A stretch of DNA of 64,000 bases from an uncultured delta proteobacterium (lineage in GTDB: Bacteria; Desulfobacterota; Syntrophia; Syntrophales; UBA2185), in the NCBI GenBank assembly GCA_963729715.1, contig CAVSPA010000005.1, forward strand, positions 544,001-608,000. Direction: 5' to 3'. Position numbers and translations under genes: made by a program. This document shows positions 9,540-21,389 of this stretch, piece by piece; the stretch's first letter is position 1; the number at the start of each line of letters is the position of its first letter. A model generated the notes under the pieces. That model was not told the origin of the DNA, searched no databases, and saw only the letters and a program-made list of their open reading frames with translations.

Positions 9540-11873
9540 ATGACAAAAAAGGTGAAAATCGTTCTTGCCGGCATGGAAAAGGGTGTTCGGGTGGATTCGA
9601 GGATCCTGGAGGAACGCATCCAGAAAGCCGTCGCTGACGGATATCGGTCCATAGACATCATCGCGCATGGCCAGCATGGTATTGGCGGTCGCCTGTGGAA
9701 GGCAGGTGAAAAAGCCGTCCTTATCAAGGTATTGGGAACAGCCGGGCAAAGAATTGGCTCAATGGGATTCCCGAACACATTCATTGATGTGATCGGACCG
9801 GCGTCTGACGATGTGGGATGGCTCAACGCCGGAGCGCACATAGTCGTTCGCGGTAATGCAACCAATGGTGTGGGAAATGCCATGGCTCAGGGCAAGATTT
9901 ATGTTACCGGAGATACCGGGGCACGTGGCATGACCATGACAAAACACAATCCTCGCTTCGCTCCTCCGGAGCTGTGGGTATTAGGGAGCGTGGGCGATTC
10001 CTTTGCCGAGTTTATGGCGGGCGGCATTGCCGTTATCTGCGGGCATGAGACGCTGCGCGCTGATAATGTCATGGGCTATCGCCCGTGCGTCGGTATGGTG
10101 GGCGGAAAAATATTTTTTCGGGGACCCCATAGGGGCTACAGCTCACAGGACGCCAGGTTGACCCTGCCTGACGATGAAGAGTGGAAGTGGCTGACGTTTA
10201 ATGTGAAGGTATTTCTCGACACGATCGGCAGATCAGAGTTGTACACGCTATTGACCAGCGACCGCAGCGCGTGGCAGCTCCTCGTGGCGCTCAAGCCTCA
10301 TGAAAAGCATAGCGGCCCATCAAAAAGTATGGGGCAATTCCGCAAAGAAGTATGGGATCGGGAATTGGGCGCCGGTGGACTGATTGGTGATCTGTCCGAT
10401 CTGGACAGAAGCCCTATCGATGTTATCACAACAGGCATACTGCGCAGATTTGTTCCCGTATGGGAAAATGACAAATACCTGCCGCCCTGCCAAGCGGGAT
10501 GTCCAACTGGAATCCCTGTGCAAAAACGTTGGGCGTTGATACGCGAAGGATTGATGGAGAAGGCCGTGGATCTGGCTCTGTCATATACTCCATTTCCGGC
10601 AACTGTTTGCGGATATCTATGTCCGAATCTTTGTATGGAGCACTGCACGCGGCAAAAGGAAAAGCTTCCCGCAGTAGATATCACCCTGCTCGGCAAGGCC
10701 AGTTTAAACGCCAAGCCGCCGGAGCCTGCCCCCAAGACAGGCAAGAAGATCGCCATCATCGGTGGTGGGGCATCAGGGTTATCCGTTGCCTGGCAGCTTT
10801 GGATGAAGGGACATGAACCTGTCATTTACGAAATGCGCGCGCGCCTCGGTGGGAAGATTACAGATATGATTCCCGGGAGCAGAATCCCTGACGAGGTAGT
10901 GGAACATGAATTGAGCCGTGTAAGTAAACAGGTTACACACATCAATCTGAAGCACCCTTTGACAAAGAAGGATTTTTCGGAAGTTAAAGAACGGCACGAT
11001 TTCACGGTAATTGCGGTAGGTGCACAAAAACCGCGGATGATTCCTGTCCCGGGCAACGAAAGGGCCATCCCGGCGCTCGAGTTCCTCAGGCAAAGCAAGA
11101 CGGGCAAAGCCGTGGTGGGTGAAAAAGTGGTTGTCATCGGAGCGGGCAATGTCGGCTGTGATGCTGCAGCAGAAGCCGCGCGCCTGGGGGCCAAAGAGGT
11201 GACCCTAATCGACATCCAGGAACCGGCATCGTATGGGAAGGAAAGGAAAGCCGCCGAAGCTGCGGGGGCAAAATTCCTGTGGCCGCGCTTTACAAAAGCC
11301 ATTACGGAAAAGGCCGTAGAGCTGACGGATGGGGAGATACTGCCGGCAGACACAGTCATTGTGTCCATAGGCGATCAGCCTGATCTCTCTTTCTTGCCGG
11401 AAGATATTGCGACGCAAAGAGGATTTATCGTTGTGGACGATCACTTCCAGACCAGCGATCCCCAGGTCTTCGCGATCGGTGATGCCGTGAGACTTGGACT
11501 CTTGACGGATGCCATCGGTGCGGGACGGCTTGCTGCAACGGCCATCGACAATGTGCTGAAAGGCTGGTACGAAACATTTGATAAGCTGCCTCCCATCGAT
11601 CCGGGGCGTGTTAAGCTCGAATATTACGACCCCCGCATTCTCGCTTTTGATGATCCCGCGTATTGCGCATCACAGTGCGCCTCATGCGGCGCATGCCGCG
11701 ATTGCGGACTCTGCGAGACGATCTGTCCCGTAAATGCGATATCGCGTAATCAGGGTGAAGATGGGCAATTTGAATACAGTGTCAATGGCGACAAATGCAT
11801 CGGCTGTGGCTTCTGTGCAGGGGCTTGTCCCACAGGAATCTGGCTGCTCGTGGAAAACGAACCGCTGGAATAA
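9540..11873 (+). CDS. Glutamate synthase GXGXG (GltB3) domain fused to a GltD-like FAD/NAD(P) oxidoreductase and ferredoxin domain
   Basis: AEFMAGG/GMVGG repeats, PPCQAGCP, CGYLCPNLC, two Rossmann motifs, C-terminal CxxCxxCxxxCP pairs. Confidence 0.88.
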   Translation: MTKKVKIVLAGMEKGVRVDSRILEERIQKAVADGYRSIDIIAHGQHGIGGRLWKAGEKAVLIKVLGTAGQRIGSMGFPNTFIDVIGPASDDVGWLNAGAHIVVRGNATNGVGNAMAQGKIYVTGDTGARGMTMTKHNPRFAPPELWVLGSVGDSFAEFMAGGIAVICGHETLRADNVMGYRPCVGMVGGKIFFRGPHRGYSSQDARLTLPDDEEWKWLTFNVKVFLDTIGRSELYTLLTSDRSAWQLLVALKPHEKHSGPSKSMGQFRKEVWDRELGAGGLIGDLSDLDRSPIDVITTGILRRFVPVWENDKYLPPCQAGCPTGIPVQKRWALIREGLMEKAVDLALSYTPFPATVCGYLCPNLCMEHCTRQKEKLPAVDITLLGKASLNAKPPEPAPKTGKKIAIIGGGASGLSVAWQLWMKGHEPVIYEMRARLGGKITDMIPGSRIPDEVVEHELSRVSKQVTHINLKHPLTKKDFSEVKERHDFTVIAVGAQKPRMIPVPGNERAIPALEFLRQSKTGKAVVGEKVVVIGAGNVGCDAAAEAARLGAKEVTLIDIQEPASYGKERKAAEAAGAKFLWPRFTKAITEKAVELTDGEILPADTVIVSIGDQPDLSFLPEDIATQRGFIVVDDHFQTSDPQVFAIGDAVRLGLLTDAIGAGRLAATAIDNVLKGWYETFDKLPPIDPGRVKLEYYDPRILAFDDPAYCASQCASCGACRDCGLCETICPVNAISRNQGEDGQFEYSVNGDKCIGCGFCAGACPTGIWLLVENEPLE

Positions 11874-11951
11874 CTGGAAAAAAGAAAGACAGAAACGCTT
11901 TTTTGAGTGTGGTTATTTCAAATCAAAAAATTCTGAAGAAAGGGGTGTGTT

Positions 11952-13283
11952 ATGTTTTCATGTAAGACGAAGAAAGATGTTCTGAAAGCGGTTAAGGACC
12001 ACAATGTAAGTTTCATCCAGTTCTGGTTTACCGATGTGCTCGGGATGCAGAAGATTTTCAGCATCACACCTTCCGAACTCGAAGAAGGCTTGGAAGAAGG
12101 GATGGGTTTTGACGGGTCTTCGATTCAGGGATTCGCAAGGATCGAGGAAAGCGACATGATCGCGATGGCAGATCCGACTACATTTCAGTTGATACCCTGG
12201 CGTCCTTCCGATAGGCCCGTGGCGAGGCTAATCTGCGACATCCTGAACCCCGACGGCACGCCTTATGAGGGCGATCCCCGTTACGTTCTCAAGCGAGCCC
12301 TCAAGAAAATTGCCGATCAGGGCTACACCATGTATGTCGGTCCGGAGTTAGAATATTTCTATTTCGCCAATGACAAGACAACGGACATCCTCGATCAGGG
12401 CGGCTACTTCGACGGTCTTCCCGTAGACAGGGCCACAGACCTCCGGCGTCAGACCATTTTTGCCTTGCAGGATCTGGGGATCAGGGTTGAATACTCCCAT
12501 CATGAAGTTGCGCCGAGCCAGCATGAGATTGACCTCCGCTATGACGATGCCCTGGTAATGGCCGATAAGGTCATGACTTATCGAACAGCGGTAAAAGAGA
12601 TTGCCCGACAGAATGGTGTCTATGCCACCTTTATGCCCAAGCCCATCTTCGGCCAGAACGGCAGCGGCATGCACACGCACCAGTCCCTATTCAAGGGCAG
12701 CAAGAATACCTTCTTTGACGGGAAAGACAAGTATAATTTGTCTGCGCTGGCCAAGAGCTATATAGCCGGTCTCATGACGCACGCACCGGAGATCACCGCT
12801 ATCTGCAACCAGTGGGTAAATTCCTACAAGCGCCTGGTGCCGGGTTATGAGGCACCAGTCTATGTCTCCTGGGCACGGCGCAATCGTTCCGCCATGATTC
12901 GCGTTCCCATGTATAAACCTGGGAAGGAAAAGGCAACGCGCATCGAATACCGGTCACCCGATCCGGCGTGCAACCCCTATCTCGCATTCGCAGTGATGTT
13001 AGCGGCAGGCATGAAAGGTGTTGCGAAAAAATACGTCCTCCCTGAACCTGTTGAAGAAGATATCTTTGAAATGGATGAGAAGGCCAGGGAAAAGGCGGGA
13101 ATAACTTCTCTGCCCGGAAGTCTGTATGAAGCGCTTACACTGGTATCAAAGAGCAAACTCGTTCAGGAAACGCTCGGCGACCATATCTTCCAGAAGTTCA
13201 TGGAGAACAAGAAGCTGGAATGGGATCGTTTCCGGATACATGTAAGTCAATACGAATTAGACAGATATCTGCCCATGATTTAA
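11952..13283 (+). CDS. glnA: Glutamine synthetase type I
   Basis: FDGSSI, ESDM, HHEVAPSQHEID, TFMPKP, NGSGMHTH, NSYKRLVPGYEAP, RIEYRSPDP. Confidence 0.97.
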   Translation: MFSCKTKKDVLKAVKDHNVSFIQFWFTDVLGMQKIFSITPSELEEGLEEGMGFDGSSIQGFARIEESDMIAMADPTTFQLIPWRPSDRPVARLICDILNPDGTPYEGDPRYVLKRALKKIADQGYTMYVGPELEYFYFANDKTTDILDQGGYFDGLPVDRATDLRRQTIFALQDLGIRVEYSHHEVAPSQHEIDLRYDDALVMADKVMTYRTAVKEIARQNGVYATFMPKPIFGQNGSGMHTHQSLFKGSKNTFFDGKDKYNLSALAKSYIAGLMTHAPEITAICNQWVNSYKRLVPGYEAPVYVSWARRNRSAMIRVPMYKPGKEKATRIEYRSPDPACNPYLAFAVMLAAGMKGVAKKYVLPEPVEEDIFEMDEKAREKAGITSLPGSLYEALTLVSKSKLVQETLGDHIFQKFMENKKLEWDRFRIHVSQYELDRYLPMI

Positions 13284-13320
13284 AGATCGGACGCCACAAA
13301 AAGTTCCTGTCTTCGATACA

Positions 13321-13465
13321 CGTGTGCACAAGGGTTTTTATGATTCAATATCCATTTTGGAGTCTTGCCATTATTTGAAGAATCGTGTAAGAACCTTACA
13401 TTCTATAGTCATTACTGATGAACAAGAGAGCTGTTATTTACAACTCGAAAACCCTTGTGCACATG
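13321..13465. mobile_element. Putative MITE (145 bp) with terminal inverted repeats
   Basis: Perfect 16-bp IR TGTGCACAAGGGTTTT (13323-13338) / AAAACCCTTGTGCACA (13448-13463), 17/18 when extended; short AT-rich interior; no clear target duplication. Confidence 0.6.
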
Positions 13466-13551
13466 ATTCAAATTTCTCATATTGGCATTTCCCATTATCA
13501 GAAATTCATGAACATTAAGACGTCGAGGATTTTTATTTCCTGAGGTCAATT

Positions 13552-14724
13552 ATGTCGTTGTTGCCAAAGAAAGCACCGGCCATACTGGTTCTTGAGGACG
13601 GTAGTGTGTACCATGGATATGCCTTCGCCTCTTTCGGCGAGACCCTCGGAGAAGTTGTCTTCAATACGGGGATGACCGGATATCAAGAGATAATTACGGA
13701 TCCGTCCTACAAAGGACAGATTGTAACCATGACATATCCCCTCATTGGCAATTACGGTATAAACCCGGAAGATATGGAATCCGCTGCTATCCACCTGGAA
13801 GGATTTATTGTCAGGGAGTATCAGCCGCATCCGAGCAACTGGCGTAGCCGCATGACGCTGAAGGACTTTCTTGAATCACACGGCAAGCTGGGCGTCGAGG
13901 GCATTGACACCAGGGCGCTGACGCGCCGCATTCGCCTCGAAGGCGCCATGCGTGGGATTATGTCGACAGAGACAGCGGATATCGATCTCCTTCTCTCGCG
14001 GGTACGGGCCTATCCGGGCCTCGTAGGCAGGGATCTGATAAAAGAGGTTACCTGCAAGCAACCGTATCGATGGAAGGACGGCAAACCCCAATCGCTTTCA
14101 TCTTCCGGCTCAGCGGAGCCCTGCGGAAGCGAACGGCAGTTGCGGGTTGTCGTTGTTGACTGCGGTGTCAAATACAACATTCTCCGCAATCTCGAGAATT
14201 TGGGATGTGAAGTATTGGTGCTGCCAGCAACGGCAACAGGGAAAGAGATGTTATCCTACGGCCCGGACGGTATCCTACTCTCCAACGGCCCTGGAGACCC
14301 GGCGGCACTGCCCTACATAGTAAAAGCAACTGAACAGATTCTGGGCAAGGTCCCCATCTTCGGTATCTGCCTCGGCCATCAGATATTAGGACAGGCATTG
14401 GGCGGGAGGACGGAAAAGCTGAAATTCGGCCATCATGGGGTAAACCAGCCGGTGAAGAATATGCAAAGCGGTCGGATTGAAATTACATCGCAGAACCATG
14501 GCTTCGTCGTAGTGCCGCAATCCTTGCCTGATAATATTGAAAAAACGTATGACAACCTCAATGACCGTACCTCAGAAGGCATGTCCTCCGAGTCTGAGCT
14601 GGCGTTCAGCGTGCAATACCATCCGGAAGCAGCACCGGGGCCCCATGATGTCAATTATCTCTTTAAGACATTTGTATCTTTTATGGAGACGAAAAGGAAA
14701 AGGTCTGATGATTCTGATCATTGA
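13552..14724 (+). CDS. carA: Carbamoyl-phosphate synthase small subunit
   Basis: [42 protein letters not shown]. Confidence 0.97.
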   Translation: MSLLPKKAPAILVLEDGSVYHGYAFASFGETLGEVVFNTGMTGYQEIITDPSYKGQIVTMTYPLIGNYGINPEDMESAAIHLEGFIVREYQPHPSNWRSRMTLKDFLESHGKLGVEGIDTRALTRRIRLEGAMRGIMSTETADIDLLLSRVRAYPGLVGRDLIKEVTCKQPYRWKDGKPQSLSSSGSAEPCGSERQLRVVVVDCGVKYNILRNLENLGCEVLVLPATATGKEMLSYGPDGILLSNGPGDPAALPYIVKATEQILGKVPIFGICLGHQILGQALGGRTEKLKFGHHGVNQPVKNMQSGRIEITSQNHGFVVVPQSLPDNIEKTYDNLNDRTSEGMSSESELAFSVQYHPEAAPGPHDVNYLFKTFVSFMETKRKRSDDSDH

Positions 14725-16237
14725 TTTCGGCTCTCAATACAACCAGCTGATTGCCAGGCGTGTCCGGGAACACCATGTCTACTGCCAGATTGAGCCCCCG
14801 GATATTGACAGCCCAAGAATCCAGGCCCTGCAACCGGAGGGCATCATCCTGTCCGGAGGCCCCGCGAGCATTTACGAGAAGGGAAGTCCGAGGGCAGATA
14901 AAAAAATCTTTGACCTCGGTATTCCCGTGTTAGGCATATGTTATGGAATGCAATTCATGGTCGATGCCCTCGGTGGAAAAGTAATCGGTGCCGAGAAACG
15001 GGAATACGGGTTTGCCGAACTCAATATCAAAATTTCCTCAGGGATTTTCCCCGGCATAAACAGGGAGACGCGATGCTGGATGAGCCATGGAGACACCATC
15101 GGCGTTTTGCCAAGAGGGTTCAAGACGACTGCATCAACCCCCAATACAAAGATAGCCGCTGCTGAAAATGCATCCAGGAGATTATACGGGTTACAGTTTC
15201 ATCCGGAGGTTGTTCATACACCAGAAGGGAAAAAGATGATCGAGAACTTTCTCTTCGGAATCTGCAACTGCAAGAAAAGCTGGACCATGAAATCCTTTGC
15301 ACGGGATGCTGTGGCAGAGATCCGCTCCCAGGTCGGCGGCAGCAAGGTGATACTGGGTTTGAGCGGCGGCGTGGATTCGTCCGTGGCGGCCGTCCTCCTC
15401 CATCAGGCCATCGGCCGTCAGCTGCACTGCGTTTTTGTTGATAACGGCGTGCTTCGGGAAGGTGAAGCGCAGAAGGTTCAGGATGTTTTCCGAAAGCATT
15501 TCCAGATCAACCTGCGATTTGTCCGGGCAAAGAACCTTTTTCTCCGCAGACTGAAAGGTATAGAGGACCCTGAAAAGAAAAGAAAAATTATTGGTCGCAC
15601 CTTCATCGAGGTCTTCGAAAAGGAAGCCGGACGGATCAAAAACGTAAAGTTCTTAGCCCAAGGGACCCTCTATCCCGATGTCATCGAATCCCGCTCCGCC
15701 TTTGGCGGCCCTAGCGCTGTAATAAAATCACACCACAATGTGGGCGGTCTTCCTAAGAAGATGCGTCTGTCCCTGGTGGAGCCCCTCAAACACCTCTTCA
15801 AGGACGAAGTCCGGCTGCTGGGCAAGGAACTCGGTATGTCCGATGAGCAGGTCTGGCGACAGCCCTTCCCCGGCCCGGGCCTGGCCATCCGCATCATCGG
15901 CGAGGTCACGGAAAAACGCCTCGCTATCCTGCGCAAGGCAGACGTAATTCTCATGGATGAGATCCGGGCGGCGAATCTCTACCGTAAGCTATGGCAGTCT
16001 TTTGCCGTTCTTCTACCTATCAAGAGCGTGGGGATTATGGGGGATCAGCGAACCTACGAGAACATCCTTTCCATTCGTGCGGTAACCAGTGAAGATGCCA
16101 TGACGGCCGACTGGGCGAAGCTCCCCCATGCCCTCTTGGGAAAGATTTCCAACCGCATCATCAATGAAGTCAGGGGCGTGAATCGCGTGGTCTATGACAT
16201 CAGCTCGAAGCCGCCAAGCACGATTGAGTGGGAGTAG
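14708..16237 (+). CDS. guaA: GMP synthase (glutamine-hydrolysing)
   Basis: Start [11 protein letters not shown] at 14708; [38 protein letters not shown]. Confidence 0.97.
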   Translation: MILIIDFGSQYNQLIARRVREHHVYCQIEPPDIDSPRIQALQPEGIILSGGPASIYEKGSPRADKKIFDLGIPVLGICYGMQFMVDALGGKVIGAEKREYGFAELNIKISSGIFPGINRETRCWMSHGDTIGVLPRGFKTTASTPNTKIAAAENASRRLYGLQFHPEVVHTPEGKKMIENFLFGICNCKKSWTMKSFARDAVAEIRSQVGGSKVILGLSGGVDSSVAAVLLHQAIGRQLHCVFVDNGVLREGEAQKVQDVFRKHFQINLRFVRAKNLFLRRLKGIEDPEKKRKIIGRTFIEVFEKEAGRIKNVKFLAQGTLYPDVIESRSAFGGPSAVIKSHHNVGGLPKKMRLSLVEPLKHLFKDEVRLLGKELGMSDEQVWRQPFPGPGLAIRIIGEVTEKRLAILRKADVILMDEIRAANLYRKLWQSFAVLLPIKSVGIMGDQRTYENILSIRAVTSEDAMTADWAKLPHALLGKISNRIINEVRGVNRVVYDISSKPPSTIEWE

Positions 16238-16291
16238 GGGAGATACAGACTCGCCTTCGCAGCGTAGTTCAAGAAATTAATTGGAAAAAAT

Positions 16292-19200
16292 ATGCCTAAA
16301 AGAAATGACTTGAAAAAAATTCTTATCATCGGTTCCGGGCCGATCATCATCAGCCAGGCGTGCGAATTCGACTACTCCGGAACGCAGGCATGCAAGGCAT
16401 TGAAGGAAGAAGGGTATCAGGTCATTCTGATCAATAGCAATCCCGCGACAATAATGACTGATCCTGAAATGGCGGACAGGACTTACGTGGAGCCGATTAC
16501 GCCGGAGGCTGTAGCGAAAATCATCGCCAAGGAACGGCCCGATGCACTCCTCCCTACCATTGGGGGGCAGACGGGACTGAACACTGCTGTAGTCGTTGCG
16601 GAAAGCGGTGTGCTTGAACGCTACGGTGTGGAAATGATCGGTGCATCTCTCGAAGTGATCCAGAAGGCGGAGGATAGAGAGAAATTCCGCGACGCGATGG
16701 AGCGAATAGGACTCCGTGTACCAAAGAGCGGGTTCGCAAGAACGATGGATGAGGTATTTGCCGTAGCGGCAATCATCGGATTCCCTCTCATCATTCGCCC
16801 CTCTTTTACCTTGGGGGGTACGGGCAGCGGTGTCGTCTACAACAGGGAGGAACTGGCGGAACTCGCCAAGGTCGGACTGGACGCCAGTATGATTCATGAA
16901 ATCATGTTGGAAGAATCCGTTCTCGGTTGGAAAGAATTCGAACTGGAGGTGATGCGGGACAGGGCGGATAATGTCGTGATCATCTGTTCCATAGAAAATT
17001 TTGATCCCATGGGAATTCACACCGGGGAATCTATTACAGTCGCGCCCGCCCAGACCCTGACCGATGTGGAATATCAGCGGATGCGGGATGCGGCCATTGC
17101 CATAATGCGGGAAATAGGCGTGGAGACCGGTGGATCGAACGTGCAGTTCGCGATAAATCCCGGAAACGGCGAAATGGTTGTCATCGAGATGAACCCGCGT
17201 GTGTCACGGTCCTCTGCCCTCGCATCCAAGGCAACGGGTTTCCCCATTGCCAAGATCGCAGCGAAGCTTGCCGTCGGTTATACCCTCGACGAGATTCCCA
17301 ATGACATCACCAAGGAAACGATGGCTTCCTTCGAGCCGACCATTGACTACTGTGTTGTGAAAATTCCCCGCTGGACTTTTGAAAAATTTCCCGAGACGGA
17401 AGATGTATTGACGACGTCTATGAAATCCGTGGGAGAGACCATGTCCATCGGCCGTACATTTAAGGAGGCCCTCCAGAAGGCGATTCGCTCGCTCGAAATA
17501 GGCCGATACAGCATGAAAATTTCCTTGCCCGCCGATATGGGCAATGCAGAGGAATTCCTGTCTTCTAAATTAAGGACGCCAAACTCCCTGCGGCTTTTCT
17601 ACATCGCTGCCGCCCTTCATCAAGGGATGACCATAGAAGAAATTGCCCGTCTGACATGGATCGATCCCTGGTTCCTGCACCAGATAGAGGCCATCGTTGA
17701 AGCGGAAAAGATTCTTGAGACAACGGCGCCTTCAGTCGCGGTATTGCGGGAAGCCAAACGAATGGGTTTTTCCGACAGATATCTCGGCGAACTCTGGGGA
17801 AAACCGGAAGCGAAAATCCGCGAAGAGCGGTTTCGTGAAAATATCCTGCCTGTCTTCAAACTCGTCGATACCTGCGCGGCTGAATTTGAGGCCTATACCC
17901 CTTACTATTACTCCACCTACGAGATCGAAGACGAATCACGGTCATCATCGAAACCCAAGGTCGTCATCCTGGGTGGAGGCCCGAACCGCATCGGGCAGGG
18001 TATTGAATTCGATTACTGCTGCGTCCATGCATCCTTTGCCCTGCGCGAAGAAGGTTATGAGAGTATCATGGTGAATTCCAACCCGGAAACAGTGAGTACC
18101 GATTACGACACATCGGACAAACTGTTCTTCGAGCCGGTGACGCTCGAAGATGTGCTTCATATACTCAAGACGGAAGATCCTCTCGGAGTAATAGTCCAGT
18201 TTGGAGGACAGACTCCTCTCAATCTTGCCAAGGGACTGGAGGCTGCAGGGGCGCGGATCCTGGGCACATCTCCCGACGCGATAGACCGCGCAGAAGACAG
18301 GAAGCGTTTCCAGGACATTGTTAATCGCCTGGACCTCAGGCAACCAGACAACGATACTGCAACGGACATCAAGGGCGCGCTGAAGGCAGCCCGGAGGATC
18401 GGATTCCCCGTTCTGGTCAGACCTTCCTATGTCCTGGGGGGACGATCCATGGAGATTGTATACGATGAGGAAACTTTGAGCCAGTTCATGGAAAGGGCCA
18501 TTGCTGCTTCCCCGGATCACCCCATACTGATTGACAAATTCCTCCAGGATGCGATTGAAGTAGATGTGGATGCAATAAGCGACGGCACGGATACCGTTAT
18601 CGGCGGCATCATGGAACATATTGAAGAAGCCGGCATCCATTCGGGAGACAGCGCCTGCGTGCTTCCGCCCATCACGTTCTCTCAGGAACTTCTGGAGTCA
18701 ATTGAAAAGCAGACAAAACTTATCGCCCGGGAACTGGGGGTGGTAGGCCTCATGAACATTCAGTATGCCGTAAAAGACGGCGTCCTTTACGTTCTGGAGG
18801 TCAATCCGCGGGCATCCCGGACTGTTCCATTTGTCAGCAAGGCTATCGGCGTGCCTCTCGCCAAGCTGGCGACGAAGATTATGCTGGGGCGATCATTAAA
18901 AGATTTGGGATTTTCGAAAACCATATGGCCGGAGCATATCTCTGTAAAAGAGGCCGTATTCCCTTTCAACAGGTTTCCGAATGTGGATGTCCTCCTTGGT
19001 CCGGAAATGAAGTCTACCGGTGAAGTGATGGGGATTGACCATTCTTTTGGCATGGCCTTTGCCAAATCACAGATGGCCGCAGGGTTTCACTTGCCCCTCG
19101 AAGGAGGAGTATTTATCAGTGTAAATGACGTTCACAAGGATAAAATCGTGTCCGTCGCCCGTTCATTTCAAAATATGGGATTCCATATAATGGCCACTCG

Positions 19201-19531
19201 CGGCACTGCGGCCCATCTCGAAAGACACGGCATAAAGACAGAAACCATTTTCAAGGTCAGCGAAGGCCGTCCTCATATTGTGGATCGCATCAAGAATGGC
19301 GATATTCAGGTGGTCATCAATACAAGCGTGGGGCGAAGGTCAAGCCTTGACGCCTATCACATACGCCGCGGTGCGCTCACTTATAATGTTCTCTACACAA
19401 CGACGATTGCCGGGTCCAAGGCTTTGAGCGAGGCTGTTATGGCATTGAAGAAAGAAAACTGGGAGGTTTCTCCTCTTCAAGATTATCACAGTAATGCGAT
19501 GCTGTCGCGAAAGAGAAAAGTGGAAAATTAA
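16292..19531 (+). CDS. carB: Carbamoyl-phosphate synthase large subunit
   Basis: MPKR..., ACEFDYSG, duplicated ATP-grasp halves ([10 protein letters not shown] / EVNPRASRT), MKSTGEVM. Confidence 0.98.
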   Translation: MPKRNDLKKILIIGSGPIIISQACEFDYSGTQACKALKEEGYQVILINSNPATIMTDPEMADRTYVEPITPEAVAKIIAKERPDALLPTIGGQTGLNTAVVVAESGVLERYGVEMIGASLEVIQKAEDREKFRDAMERIGLRVPKSGFARTMDEVFAVAAIIGFPLIIRPSFTLGGTGSGVVYNREELAELAKVGLDASMIHEIMLEESVLGWKEFELEVMRDRADNVVIICSIENFDPMGIHTGESITVAPAQTLTDVEYQRMRDAAIAIMREIGVETGGSNVQFAINPGNGEMVVIEMNPRVSRSSALASKATGFPIAKIAAKLAVGYTLDEIPNDITKETMASFEPTIDYCVVKIPRWTFEKFPETEDVLTTSMKSVGETMSIGRTFKEALQKAIRSLEIGRYSMKISLPADMGNAEEFLSSKLRTPNSLRLFYIAAALHQGMTIEEIARLTWIDPWFLHQIEAIVEAEKILETTAPSVAVLREAKRMGFSDRYLGELWGKPEAKIREERFRENILPVFKLVDTCAAEFEAYTPYYYSTYEIEDESRSSSKPKVVILGGGPNRIGQGIEFDYCCVHASFALREEGYESIMVNSNPETVSTDYDTSDKLFFEPVTLEDVLHILKTEDPLGVIVQFGGQTPLNLAKGLEAAGARILGTSPDAIDRAEDRKRFQDIVNRLDLRQPDNDTATDIKGALKAARRIGFPVLVRPSYVLGGRSMEIVYDEETLSQFMERAIAASPDHPILIDKFLQDAIEVDVDAISDGTDTVIGGIMEHIEEAGIHSGDSACVLPPITFSQELLESIEKQTKLIARELGVVGLMNIQYAVKDGVLYVLEVNPRASRTVPFVSKAIGVPLAKLATKIMLGRSLKDLGFSKTIWPEHISVKEAVFPFNRFPNVDVLLGPEMKSTGEVMGIDHSFGMAFAKSQMAAGFHLPLEGGVFISVNDVHKDKIVSVARSFQNMGFHIMATRGTAAHLERHGIKTETIFKVSEGRPHIVDRIKNGDIQVVINTSVGRRSSLDAYHIRRGALTYNVLYTTTIAGSKALSEAVMALKKENWEVSPLQDYHSNAMLSRKRKVEN

Positions 19532-19698
19532 GTGGCGGCTATAGAATTTTTTAAAGAGTTCTTGTAGACAGGTGCACAGGTACCCGCATGCAGATGCGTA
19601 TGACCACTTATTGCATAGCTTGCAAAAAGAGAATAATGGTGTTAGATAGTCCCTTCAAATTTTTACGAAGTATCACGGGTAAGTCGGGGTCACTTTAG

Positions 19699-21111
19699 AT
19701 GTCTCAATATCTTATACCGGAAAGCAAACCGAAGGAAGAATGCGGCGTCTTTGCCGTCTACGGAAATGAAGAGGCGGCGCGCGTTACATTCTTCGGGCTC
19801 TTTGCCCTCCAGCATCGGGGGCAGGAGAGTGCGGGCATCAATACAGCGGATGGCTGTCACGTCTATGGGCACAAGGGCATGGGACTGGCGTCTGAGGTGT
19901 TTCACGAGGATATCTTCTCTAAGTTGCCGGGTTATTTAGCCATTGGGCACGTCCGTTATTCGACAACGGGCTCTTCCATTATATCCAATGCCCAGCCATT
20001 CCTTGTTCATCACGCGGGCGAGCATTATGCCCTCGGCCACAATGGCAACCTTATCAATGCCCACGCATTAAGGGCCGAACTTGAAGAGAAGGGCTCTATC
20101 TTTCAGTCCACAATGGATAGTGAAGTAATCTTCCACCTGATGGCCCATTATTTGAAAGACGGATTCGAAGATGCCCTTACGAGAGCCCTCGCACATGTTG
20201 AGGGTTCCTACAGCATCGTTATGCTGACGAAAGACAAGGTAGTTGCTGCGCGTGACCCTCGTGGTTTTCGCCCTCTTTCTCTGGGACAGCTCAATGGCGG
20301 GTGGGTGGTCGCTTCCGAGACCTGCGCCTTTGACCTGTTGAGCGCCGTATATGTACGTGATGTAGAACCCGGCGAGATACTGATTATCGATCACACGGGA
20401 CTAAAGAGCCTGAAACCATTTCCAAAGGTGAGGCCTGCGCATTGCATCTTCGAACTCATCTATTTCGCACGGCCCGACAGCCAGATATTCGGCCAAAATG
20501 TGTACACGTGCCGGAAGCGACTCGGACATAGCTTGGCAAAGGAGTACAGGCCGGAAGTGGATATTGTGATGCCGTTTCCCGATTCCGGCACCTATGCCGC
20601 TCTGGGCTATGCGGAAGAGAGCCGCATCCCCTTTGAGATGGGCATGATCCGCAACCATTATGTAGGACGCACCTTCATACAGCCGAGTCAGCCGATGAGA
20701 GACTTTGGTGTGCGTGTGAAGCTGAACCCTGTACGCCCCTTGCTTGCCGGTAAACGGGTCCTGATTGTCGAGGATTCCATAATCAGGGGAACGACCAGCC
20801 GCAACCGCGTCCGCAACCTGCGCGAGAGCGGTGTGAAGGAAATCTATATGGCCGTCAGTTGTCCGCCGACGAGATATCCGTGTCCATACGGGATTGATTT
20901 TTCTTCCAAGGGTGAACTAATTGCCGCGCAGAAGGAATACGTTCAGGCTGTTGCCGAGTTCATAGGATTGGATGGCCTGCACTATCTATCTTTAGAAGGC
21001 ATGGTAGAAGCGACCGGCATGGATACCGACAGCTTCTGTCTTGCGTGCTACACAGGCAAATACCCCCTCCCTCCTCCCACGGGTTTTGGAAAGTTCTGCT
21101 TGGAGAATTGA
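19699..21111 (+). CDS. purF: Amidophosphoribosyltransferase
   Basis: EECGVF, LQHRGQES, GHVRYST, HNGNL, YFARPDS, EDSIIRGTT, CLAC Fe-S ligands. Confidence 0.97.
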   Translation: MSQYLIPESKPKEECGVFAVYGNEEAARVTFFGLFALQHRGQESAGINTADGCHVYGHKGMGLASEVFHEDIFSKLPGYLAIGHVRYSTTGSSIISNAQPFLVHHAGEHYALGHNGNLINAHALRAELEEKGSIFQSTMDSEVIFHLMAHYLKDGFEDALTRALAHVEGSYSIVMLTKDKVVAARDPRGFRPLSLGQLNGGWVVASETCAFDLLSAVYVRDVEPGEILIIDHTGLKSLKPFPKVRPAHCIFELIYFARPDSQIFGQNVYTCRKRLGHSLAKEYRPEVDIVMPFPDSGTYAALGYAEESRIPFEMGMIRNHYVGRTFIQPSQPMRDFGVRVKLNPVRPLLAGKRVLIVEDSIIRGTTSRNRVRNLRESGVKEIYMAVSCPPTRYPCPYGIDFSSKGELIAAQKEYVQAVAEFIGLDGLHYLSLEGMVEATGMDTDSFCLACYTGKYPLPPPTGFGKFCLEN

Positions 21112-21389
21112 GAAGGCAACCACACCGAAACTGCCATTTTCCCATTTCATGTAGCTATCACTAGGCAAATATCCAGTACATGATCTAATTCGGTTGTCTC
21201 ACCAGAAATCCTCACATCACCGAGAATTGCGCTCATCCGACGTCAGGAGAGACGGCGGCAAGGAATAGTAGGATGAGCCTACAATTTTACGTATAGTCAA
21301 CCATTATTGTTGTATACGTCGCTATTCTGCATTATTAATTTGCTTATGCTGTTGTTCTTAAGCAAGCACACGATATGGACGGAGAGATT

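Noticed and set aside
16277..18640. Long antisense ORFs opposite carB (similar ones lie opposite 31.5-32.2, 39.2-40.0, 41.1-41.8 and 62.8-63.8 kb)
   Set aside because: Shadow frames of well-conserved genes, with no motifs.
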